Source: Rhodoferax sp. (GTDB taxonomy: Bacteria > Pseudomonadota > Gammaproteobacteria > Burkholderiales > Burkholderiaceae_C). Taken from it: a stretch of 64,000 nucleotides of DNA. The notes beneath the pieces were generated by a model, which ran no database searches, was not told the DNA's origin, and saw only the letters and a program-made list of their open reading frames with translations. Below are positions 1 to 6,543 of the stretch, piece by piece; position 1 is the first letter of the stretch; the number at the start of each line of letters is the position of its first letter. The stretch covers positions 48,234 to 112,233 of the forward strand of contig NZ_JAQTXM010000014.1 of NCBI RefSeq assembly GCF_028688795.1. The letters run 5' to 3'. Both the position numbers and the translations under genes were made by a program.

Positions 1-458
1 AGCAAATCGCAGTAACCGTATAAAAGGTTTATGAGCGTGTGCTTTGCTTCGCTCTCCGCTTTTGCGACCTCTGCAACTGCAGCAGCGAGCTCGGCCAGCT
101 TCAGCGCTGGTCTGCCACCTTCTTCTCTATGCTCGGCATGTTCAATTGCCATAGCTTCAGCAAATTTCATAGCGGCCAGGACGCTATAGCCTTTTTTTCC
201 CGGTGTATGACTTTTAACAGGTGCAGTTGAATCGTAGATGCCGATTTTTATCCGCTCGCTTTTATTGCTTTCGCGGGTACCAACTGTATAGCGCCAGTAC
301 AACATGACAGCGCCATCACCTTGTTTCCTTGCCTGCAACGCCCCTACAGGCTTCACCTTGTCAATGGTAAAAAACGATCCTTGCTTAAGATCGTTAAGAG
401 TCTGCCCAATCGTTTTTTTGGGTTCTAACACTTGGTCTGCTTTCGGTGAATTTTTCAT
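1..458 (-). CDS. Tyrosine (P4-type) integrase, N-terminal part only; gene continues beyond the left edge of the window
   Basis: Absent from the ORF track because no stop lies inside the window. My own translation of the minus strand from ATG 458-456 is open down to nt 1: MKNSPKADQVLEPKKTIGQTLNDLKQGSFFTIDKVKPVGALQARKQGDGAVMLYWRYTVGTRESNKSERIKIGIYDSTAPVKSHTPGKKGYSVLAAMKFAEAMAIEHAEHREEG... The layout (beta-hairpin LYWRY, IKIGIYD, then an Ala-rich helix) fits the arm-type N-terminal domain of tRNA-targeting integrases. It lies about 215 bp from a tRNA 3' fragment. Confidence 0.55.
   Translation of the reverse strand, partial: MKNSPKADQVLEPKKTIGQTLNDLKQGSFFTIDKVKPVGALQARKQGDGAVMLYWRYTVGTRESNKSERIKIGIYDSTAPVKSHTPGKKGYSVLAAMKFAEAMAIEHAEHREEGGRPALKLAELAAAVAEVAKAESEAKHTLINLLYGYCDL
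131..205 (+). repeat. Repeat copy M (probable, with a ~5-nt internal insertion), antisense inside the integrase gene
   Basis: ttcaattgcc-ATAGCTTCAGCAAA-TTTCATAGCGGCCAG-GACGCTATAGCC-tttttttcc. Read on the gene strand as ...KKGYSVLAAMKFAEAMAIEH... Confidence 0.5.
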
Positions 459-673
459 CACTGCAGTGTAGTCCGCAATTCTCTTGTTGCCAGACCGGTT
501 GCCAGACAGAGTCCGAATAGAACCGTATAAACGCAAAGTGTTGTTAAATAGTGCTATAGCGTTAGTACATTTTTAAAGTATTTTTGTGTTAAAAAACAAT
601 GACTTATGCTATTGACATCAAATCCAGCAGCTTGTAGAGTTAATTTTGCATGGTGAAAAAATGGCCATGATAG

Positions 674-721
674 GGACTCTTAATCCGTAGGTCGAGAGTT
701 CGAATCTCTCAGTTCCCACCA
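674..721 (+). tRNA. 3'-terminal 48-nt fragment of a tRNA-Lys(CUU)-type gene (anticodon loop to CCA); probable att site, not a functional tRNA
   Basis: GGACTCTTAATCCGTAGGTCGAGAGTTCGAATCTCTCAGTTCCCACCA. Parts: anticodon loop CTCTTAA (anticodon CTT), 3' anticodon-stem strand TCCGT, variable loop AGGTC, T-arm GAGAG/TTCGAAT/CTCTC, acceptor 3' strand AGTTCCC, discriminator A, CCA. The upstream 30 nt contain no matching 5' acceptor strand (GGGAACT) and no D-arm. Confidence 0.7.
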
Positions 722-744
722 AGATAAGCATTACTGCACACCAA

Positions 745-778
745 AGTCTACTATTAAAATGATAGTGGACTTTTCTTT
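745..778 (+). terminator. Rho-independent terminator downstream of the tRNA fragment
   Basis: AGTCTACTAT (745-754) / loop TAAAATG / ATAGTGGACT (762-771): 10-bp stem with one G-T pair, followed by TTTCTTT. Confidence 0.6.
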
Positions 779-876
779 GGTTTCAACATGTAGGCACGGG
801 CGCAGGCAGGGTTTAACAATTCCACCGCGTATGCACCATGTAGGCAGATCACAGCGCCAGCAGTTCAGCCCGCCCG

Positions 877-1089
877 CTACCGGGTAAGGATGGTTTCGTA
901 ACGATCACGGAAACTACTGCGCTGAAAGAAATCTATATCAGCACTTACGGCGGCATGGCAGTGCAGCACTCGCGACAACATCACGCGACTGATGCCAATG
1001 TGCTCAACGAAGGCAGTTACGCTCACGCCCAGGTCATCAAGCCAGCCGGTCAGCAGTTTGCCAGGGTATGCGGGGTTGTGCATGTTCAT
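877..1089 (-). CDS. HigA/VapI-type XRE-HTH antitoxin-like protein, short (70 aa), possibly C-terminally truncated
   Basis: MNMHNPAYPGKLLTGWLDDLGVSVTAFVEHIGISRVMLSRVLHCHAAVSADI... follows the HigA pattern (MHNPxHPGxxL...LGxSxxxxAxxxGxSRxxLSRxL). The tail after SADI does not continue the usual helix pattern, and the protein is about 25 aa shorter than typical HigA. Confidence 0.6.
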   Translation of the reverse strand: MNMHNPAYPGKLLTGWLDDLGVSVTAFVEHIGISRVMLSRVLHCHAAVSADIDFFQRSSFRDRYETILTR

Positions 1090-1094
1090 GACTG

Positions 1095-1409
1095 CTATGA
1101 CTTCACCACGCCATGCGCCACGGCGTCACGCAGCACGGCATTGATACGGGTCTGCCAGCCCGGCCCGGTTGCCTTGAATGCGTCCAGCACGTCAGCATCT
1201 ACACGCATGTTCAAAGTCGGGCGCTTGACTGCCACGGGCGGCCTGCCACGGCCACGGGTGATAGTTGCCTTTTGCCAGTAGGCCGACACGGCGGCGTGGT
1301 CGTTCGGGTCATACGGCCCGGCCTGGTCATCAATGGGGGCATCAGCGGCGGCCTCACGTTTGACGCGCTCCCAGTCTGTGCCGGTGGGCTTAGTGCTAGT
1401 TTTTGGCAT
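1095..1409 (-). CDS. BrnA-type antitoxin-like protein (DUF4415 family)
   Basis: ORF 1095-1559 trimmed to ATG 1409-1407 (MPKTSTKPTGTDWERVKREAA...). The C-terminus GRGRPPVAVKRPTLNMRVDADVLDAFKATGPGWQTRINAVLRDAV is the DUF4415/BrnA signature as I remember it. Confidence 0.7.
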   Translation of the reverse strand: MPKTSTKPTGTDWERVKREAAADAPIDDQAGPYDPNDHAAVSAYWQKATITRGRGRPPVAVKRPTLNMRVDADVLDAFKATGPGWQTRINAVLRDAVAHGVVKS

Positions 1410-1576
1410 ACAGCGTCCTTTCCTGTTTGGATGCAAGGTGGGCAATGAAGTGATTGGCGCAGGTGGTGTGGGTGGTGCACCCGGCGGCCATCTGGATGAA
1501 AAATGCGCCATGGCAGGCATTGCCAGTGTGCAAGACATGCTGAAGTAAGCCAGCTTCAACCCAACCTAGACAAGAC

Positions 1577-2283
1577 ATGGCAAGCAAAAACCCATTTCCC
1601 GTCAGGCCCATGGCCGCGCTCCTGGCCGTGGCAGCCTTTGCAGGCCCAGCCCAAGCCCAAGTGGCCCCCAGCGCGGCAGAGGCCGCGCGTTACACAGGCT
1701 TGCATGCGGCACAGCGCACAAGGGTAATTTGGTGCAGCTTAAAAAGCTGCTGGCCAGCGGTGCCAGGGTCACTGCGCGAGACCTGTTTGGCCGCACGCCA
1801 GTGCATGTGGCCACGTTTGCCAGGCAGCCAGAGGTCATACGTGCGCTGGCCTTGGCGGGCGCGAACCTTGAGCTGCTGGAAAACGACCGCTACGACGCGG
1901 TGACAGTTGCGGCGGTGGCCGATGATGAAGACACCTTGCGGGTATTGCTGGGCTTGGGCGCCAGTGCCAAGCTCATCACCAGCCGACATGACGGCACCGC
2001 GCTGATTGCGGCTGCCCACTTGGGGCACGACGGGTTGGTGAGGCAGTTGATTGCTTCGGGTGCCCCACTTGACCATGTCAACAACCTGCATTGGACAGCC
2101 ATGATCGAGGCCATTGTGTTGGGCCAGGGTGGTACCAGGCATCAGGCGGTGTTACAGGCGCTGCTGGCGGCCGGTGCCAGCACCCGGTTGACCGACCGCG
2201 AGGGCAATACGCCGCTGGCGCTGGCCAAAGCCCGCGGATATGCAGCCATGGTGGGCATGTTGAAGAAGGGAGGCGCTAGGTAG
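1577..2283 (+). pseudogene. Secreted ankyrin-repeat protein gene split by an apparent 1-nt frameshift near 1709-1712
   Basis: ORF 1577-1903 gives a signal peptide (MASKNPFPVRPMAALLAVAAFAGPAQAQ) and runs into ...YTGLHAA. The ankyrin repeats continue in another frame (...TAHKGNLVQLKKLLASGARVTARDLFGRTPVHVA..., ORF 1729-2283). The GLHAA / AHKGNLVQLKKLL junction is one ankyrin consensus split over two frames. Confidence 0.6.
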
Positions 2284-2544
2284 GTTGTGCGGTGACGGCA
2301 ATGTTCAGGGCAAACGCATCAGGGCTTCAACGGGCCAGGCCTTGTGACCACGCCTTCAGTCACCTTGCCCCCCGGTATCCATGACTGGGCAGGCATTGAA
2401 AAGAACTTTATATTTTCAAATTCGGCTGTCAGAAGATCCAGTGGCGTCAAGGCGCAAGCGGACGGGAGGTTTAGTTGCCATCAGCCGCAGTCAAGCAGGC
2501 GCCTGTGCTTGCTAGCAAACTGGCTGCACATCCTAGGTACCAAT

Positions 2545-2576
2545 TCAAAAACCCAGCACGAAGGCTGGGTTTTTCA
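2545..2576. terminator. Bidirectional intrinsic terminator between the convergent ankyrin and phasin genes
   Basis: CAAAAA-ACCCAGC-acgaag-GCTGGGT-TTTTCAAAAA: 7-bp GC-rich stem flanked by an A-run and a T-run. Confidence 0.55.
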
Positions 2577-2673
2577 AAAATACAAACCAGGGTGAACAGA
2601 AATGCGATGGTTACCGCCCTTCTCCATCAGCCGCAATCAACCGGCCGAAGGCTACCACCCTGAAGGTCGCTAA

Positions 2674-3156
2674 TTAGCGAGCCTTTTTTGCTTTGGAAGC
2701 AGGTGCTACGGATGCGACAGCTGCCGCGCCTTTTTCCATGACTGTGTCGAGCGTGCTTTCGGCAGTCGTTGCAGCGGCTTTCAGGTTCTTGGCTACAGGA
2801 GCAAAAGTTTCTGGTGCAGGATGGGCTTTTTCTACCGCATCAACCGTGCTGTGGAACTGGCCCACACTCAAGGAAGTTGCTTCTTTCAGGTTCTTGGCAA
2901 ACATGGCCATGCCAGCTTCGGCGGAAGCCTTCATGATTTCAAAAGCGGCCTGAGGGTCCTTGATGTCCTTGATGGACGCCACGGTTTCAGCAATAGCAGC
3001 TTGCACTTCTTTTGCCTGATTTTGAGCCAGGTCAGCCCATGCCTTCAGGTTCTCCTGAGCTGGCTTGATAGCGTCTTGCATTGAAGTCGCATTGAATTTT
3101 GGAGCCGATTCCGACATGGTCTTGGCGATGGCTTCGAAGGGGGTGTTCTTAAACAT
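2674..3156 (-). CDS. phaP: Phasin (PHA granule-associated protein)
   Basis: ORF trimmed to ATG 3156 (MFKNTPFEAIAKTMSESAPKFNATSMQDAIKPAQENLKAWADLAQNQAKEVQAAIAE...). About 160 aa, Ala/Lys/Glu-rich and helical, typical of beta-proteobacterial phasins. Confidence 0.85.
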   Translation of the reverse strand: MFKNTPFEAIAKTMSESAPKFNATSMQDAIKPAQENLKAWADLAQNQAKEVQAAIAETVASIKDIKDPQAAFEIMKASAEAGMAMFAKNLKEATSLSVGQFHSTVDAVEKAHPAPETFAPVAKNLKAAATTAESTLDTVMEKGAAAVASVAPASKAKKAR

Positions 3157-3430
3157 TGGTGGGCCTTTGGTAAAAATGTTGCAGTGCAGCAATTGTAGCC
3201 GGCAATCCAGTCAGTGGCTGTTGAAATACAAAATTGGACGCGATTAGTGACGCAAGCCTATATCGACCAATCACATTCAAAGGTTTCAGAAAGTGTATTG
3301 TCGCCCCCAACAGACTTGCTATACCTTGAATGAAAGGGTCGCCAATTTTGAAGAATCGGCGCGGTCATCGGTAGCTTTGACAGTGAGCCTTTGCTGTCCA
3401 TTCGTCGATTTGCGCTCGATATCGAAAAAC

Positions 3431-3721
3431 TCAAATGGCTGAATTGAACTCACTTCGGCGCTGTACACCGCCTTCCAAAATCGATGAAGCCGTGACCGTC
3501 CCAGCGGCGTGACGCCGGTTATTGCAAACGTCATGACTGATAGCCAGGTTTTCCAAGTGGCTGTTGCCACCTTCGCTCAAGGGTTTGATGTGCTCCAGCG
3601 TCGCTGCGGCAGGGAACACATGCTCACCGCAAACCCAGCAGGGCACGACTCCGTGCATTTGCCGAGCAACCGTTTTATAAATTTTGTCGCGTGTGTGGGA
3701 TAGTTTGCTCACGACTAGCAA
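3431..3721 (-). CDS. Small HNH endonuclease
   Basis: CWVCGEHVFPAAATLEHIKPLSEGGNSHLENLAISHDVCNN contains CxxC, the H-N-H residues and a C-terminal C. It lies in a visibly lower-GC patch. An overlapping ORF in another frame (3319-3570) may be its frameshifted continuation. Confidence 0.7.
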   Translation of the reverse strand: MLVVSKLSHTRDKIYKTVARQMHGVVPCWVCGEHVFPAAATLEHIKPLSEGGNSHLENLAISHDVCNNRRHAAGTVTASSILEGGVQRRSEFNSAI

Positions 3722-3777
3722 TGTACATCACTGCATCGTCCTTCAGGCTGTCATTGACGCCCCCCTGACCGACCAAC

Positions 3778-4674
3778 TCAACGCCAAAGAATCAGCGCTG
3801 TTCCCACCACGGTCAACGTAGCGCCCACCCAGGCACCCAGGGCGGGCAGGCGTTTGAACTGAAACCACAACAGGGGCAACACCAAAATCGGTGACACCGA
3901 CGACAGGATGGCAACCATGCCCACGTCACCTTTCTCCAGCGCCAGCAACACCAGTGTCATGCCCACACCCATGGCAATAAAACCATTCAAGCCGGTTTGC
4001 ACCAGCACCCGCAAGGTAGGCGGCGTGTGGGCGCGCGCCGCCTGCAAGCCTGCCGCCAGCAGCACAAAATGGGCACAAGTGGCCACGGTGACACGCACCG
4101 CAGAAGCCATCACCGGATCAACCTGCATGGCCATCACCGGTTTTGCGATAAGCGAGCCCACCGCCTGGCACAACGCCGCCACCAGCGCCAGCGCCACACC
4201 CGCGCCCACGTGGCCCCGGTCAGCTTCCCAGGCATGGGTTTCGTCCTTGTGGCGGCCCAGCACAATGGCCAGCATCACGCCAGCCAGCGTCAACACGGCG
4301 CCAGCCAGAGCCTGCAAATTCATGCGTTCACCCAGCCAGACGAAGCCCAAAGCGGCGCTGAATGCCGCGTGGGTGGCAAACAGCACCCCGGCACGACGAG
4401 GCCCTAGCCGGTTCATGGCGGCAAACAACGCGGTGTCGCCAACAAAAATGCCAATCAACCCGCTGATGGCCATGACGCCCCAGGCGTGGCTGTCAAAACT
4501 GTCCCATGTGCCGTTGAATGCCACCACCGTCCACAGCATGAATGCCACCATCAGCATGCGCCAGCGGGTGAAGGCAAAAGCGCCCAAATGGCGCGCCGGC
4601 ATCACAGACATGACACTACCCATCGCCCAGCAAGCGGCCGCACCCAAAGCGAACAGGTCGTAGGTGGCCATCAT
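3778..4674 (-). CDS. EamA/DMT-family transporter
   Basis: About 10 hydrophobic helices and two EamA-like halves. Start moved to MMATYDLFALGAAACWAMGSV (ATG 4674). Confidence 0.85.
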   Translation of the reverse strand: MMATYDLFALGAAACWAMGSVMSVMPARHLGAFAFTRWRMLMVAFMLWTVVAFNGTWDSFDSHAWGVMAISGLIGIFVGDTALFAAMNRLGPRRAGVLFATHAAFSAALGFVWLGERMNLQALAGAVLTLAGVMLAIVLGRHKDETHAWEADRGHVGAGVALALVAALCQAVGSLIAKPVMAMQVDPVMASAVRVTVATCAHFVLLAAGLQAARAHTPPTLRVLVQTGLNGFIAMGVGMTLVLLALEKGDVGMVAILSSVSPILVLPLLWFQFKRLPALGAWVGATLTVVGTALILWR

Positions 4675-4770
4675 GGGAGCATCAATTCGTTCTGGGTGGC
4701 TTCCACAACGCCGACGTGTACCGGCCATGGTCGGTGCACGTCGGCCCTACAGCACACACTCACTGCTTGC

Positions 4771-5607
4771 TTAGGGACAGGCACGCAATGTGTCATCGGG
4801 CAAACGGTCAATTTCTGCCAGCAGTTGGGCCAGTGCCTGCGCTGCCGAATTGACCATGGCGTGGCCTTTGTCAGCCGTGGCGTTGGCCGCGTTACCAACA
4901 GCGCCGGCCGGGTTGTAGTCTTGCATTTGCCAACCCAGCTTGGCGCTTTTGCCGTTGCCCAGAATGGCAAACTGCTGCGCCCGGTCTTGCGAGGTAGAGT
5001 GGAAATCTTGCGCCTTCGCCATGTCCACATGCGCGGGGTCAAGCGCCAGCATCATCGAGGTCTCGATGTCGCCGGCGTGAATGCCAAAGCGGTGCTCTTG
5101 TGGGCTGAACAGCGCGTTGACATCGCCGCCTTGGGCGTCCAGCAACGGCAGGTTGAACCAACTCACGCTGTACACCAGCATGTTCAGGCGGGCGCGCAGG
5201 TCACGCGCCACCAGGTCCATCACACCGACGTTGCCGCCGTGCGCATTAAACAGCACCAGTTTTTGGATGCCGCTGGCCGCCACGGACTCGGCAATGTCGG
5301 TCCAGAGACGGATCACGGTCTCGGTTTTCAGGCTCAGGGTGCCGGCAAAGCGCGCATGCTCCGGGCTCAGGCCCACGGCCTGGGTGGGCAAAAAAACCAC
5401 CTTCAAATCAGCGACCAAGAACGGCAAAGCGGCTTTCACAATGCCATCCATAAGCACCGTGTCGACACTCAGCGGCAGATGCGGGCCATGCTGCTCAATA
5501 GCGGCGACCGGCAGCACCGCAATGGTGTGTGCGGCATCACCACAAGCGCGTAAGCGCTCGAAGTCCATCGTGGTAAGGTCAGCCCAGAAGCGTGAAGATG
5601 GGGTCAT
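4771..5607 (-). CDS. Creatininase-family amidohydrolase
   Basis: VLPVAAIEQHGPHLPLSVDT, LVLFNAHGGN and FGIHAGDIETS motifs typical of the creatininase family. Confidence 0.85.
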   Translation of the reverse strand: MTPSSRFWADLTTMDFERLRACGDAAHTIAVLPVAAIEQHGPHLPLSVDTVLMDGIVKAALPFLVADLKVVFLPTQAVGLSPEHARFAGTLSLKTETVIRLWTDIAESVAASGIQKLVLFNAHGGNVGVMDLVARDLRARLNMLVYSVSWFNLPLLDAQGGDVNALFSPQEHRFGIHAGDIETSMMLALDPAHVDMAKAQDFHSTSQDRAQQFAILGNGKSAKLGWQMQDYNPAGAVGNAANATADKGHAMVNSAAQALAQLLAEIDRLPDDTLRACP

Positions 5608-5731
5608 CGTGGAACATCCGGTTTTAAGCCAACAAAACTGTCAGGAGAAACACAAGTGCCAGCTTGAAGAGAGGGCTTGAAGTGAAGACGGCCCATGCCC
5701 AGCGCTGGGGCAAAGATCACGCAATTAGGGC

Positions 5732-6079
5732 TCAGGCCTTCTTCATGAATTCAGCTTTGAGCATGAACGCACCCTGATCTGTCTTGCAATCGACCTCATG
5801 GTCGCCCGCGCCCTCAGGTAAGCGGATGCCTTTGATCTTGGTGCCTTTTTTCAGCACGATGGACGAGCCCTTGACCTTCAGGTCTTTGATCAAAATCACG
5901 GTATCACCATCGGCCAGCGGATTGCCGTTGGCGTCTTTGATGGGGCCACTGTCAGCCTCACCTTCAGAGGCAGCAGCGGCCTGAGGCCATTCAAAGCCGC
6001 AATCCGGGCAGACGTAGTTATCGCCGTCCGGGTAAGTGTTTTCAAGAGAACATTGGGGACAGGAAGGCAAATTGGACAT
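5732..6079 (-). CDS. yjdM: Zinc-ribbon protein YjdM (PhnA family)
   Basis: Start at [31 protein letters not shown] (ATG 6079). C-terminal ...[31 protein letters not shown]...HEVDCK is the YjdM signature. Confidence 0.9.
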   Translation of the reverse strand: MSNLPSCPQCSLENTYPDGDNYVCPDCGFEWPQAAAASEGEADSGPIKDANGNPLADGDTVILIKDLKVKGSSIVLKKGTKIKGIRLPEGAGDHEVDCKTDQGAFMLKAEFMKKA

Positions 6080-6129
6080 GGCGTAGAGACTCAAAAGGAC
6101 GCAATTGTAGAGGTCGCTATCATCCAGCC

Positions 6130-6489
6130 ATGACTGAAAAACGCGCACGCAACCTGACCGGCGACAGCTTCTTTGCATGGGACGGTGACGTGCTGGTGGT
6201 GAACATTCTGGGCAAACCCAGCGCCAGCAAAGACGCTATAGGCAAACCAAAAGGTACACAACTCAAGGTCAGCGTCACTGCAAAACCCCTGAACGGCAAG
6301 GCCACCGACCACATGGTTCGCTTTCTTGCGCCGCTGTTTGGCGTGAGTGTGTCAGCCATTGAGGTGGTGTTCGGGCAGGAAAATGTCAACAAGCAATTGC
6401 GCATCAAGGCCCCGTCCAAACTGCCAGCGGTCTTTGCCAAACCAGCAGAGCAGTCCTCACTGTTTTCGTCTGACAACGCCGACGCGTAG
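6130..6489 (+). CDS. yggU: DUF167 (YggU) family protein
   Basis: [72 protein letters not shown] matches the YggU pattern. Confidence 0.85.
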   Translation: MTEKRARNLTGDSFFAWDGDVLVVNILGKPSASKDAIGKPKGTQLKVSVTAKPLNGKATDHMVRFLAPLFGVSVSAIEVVFGQENVNKQLRIKAPSKLPAVFAKPAEQSSLFSSDNADA

Positions 6490-6543
6490 CGCGCGGCAAC
6501 ATCCCCCCGGAACTTTGCCATCAGCCACGCATCTTATCTAAAT

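Larger units (their letters stand above)
1..721. mobile_element. Right-hand end of an integrated element (integrase gene plus tRNA-derived att repeat); the body of the element lies left of the window
   Basis: Partial integrase reading leftwards. AT-rich spacer 459-673. Duplicated tRNA 3' end at 674-721, directly followed by what looks like the native tRNA terminator. Confidence 0.5.

Noticed and set aside
540-625. AAATAGTGCTATAGCGTTAGTAC and GACTTATGCTATTGAC in the integrase-att spacer resembling repeat arms
   Set aside because: Left-arm-like and right-arm-like pieces are present, but in the wrong relative order and spacing. Could be debris of a copy, but not supportable.
646-721. Possible complete tRNA gene ending at 721
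   Set aside because: Only the part from the anticodon loop onward is tRNA-like. The upstream 30 nt (ttgcatggtgaaaaaatggccatgatag) offer no acceptor 5' strand complementary to AGTTCCC and no D-arm, and the anticodon stem has a G-G clash at its second pair. Called as an att fragment instead.
2508-2520. 13-mer CTTGCTAGCAAAC shared between 2508-2520 and 16910-16922
   Set aside because: With about 4e9 position pairs on two strands and 4^13 = 6.7e7, tens of exact 13-mer coincidences are expected by chance in 64 kb. No extended similarity around them.
2344-2663. ORFs 2344-2595 and 2475-2663 in the ankyrin-phasin spacer
   Set aside because: No RBS, no family resemblance, odd composition, and they span a terminator hairpin. 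Treated as non-coding.
3319-3570. 83-aa ORF overlapping the HNH gene, as an independent gene
   Set aside because: It overlaps the HNH ORF by 140 nt in another frame and has no recognisable motif. Recorded only as a possible frameshifted continuation.
4486-5553. Long ORFs antisense to or overlapping well-supported genes (e.g. 4486-5553, 14573-15697, 16003-16803, 17619-18719, 23318-24484, 37579-38685, 49177-50406, 57906-58442)
   Set aside because: These are typical shadow ORFs of GC-rich DNA. Their translations are Arg/Gly/Ala/His-rich and low-complexity with no recognisable motifs, and each is fully covered by a gene with strong family signatures on the other strand or frame.
6226-6245. GACGCTATAGGC in yggU resembling the right arm of the repeat
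   Set aside because: No left arm at the expected ~28-nt distance. It encodes the conserved D-A-I-G of the YggU family.
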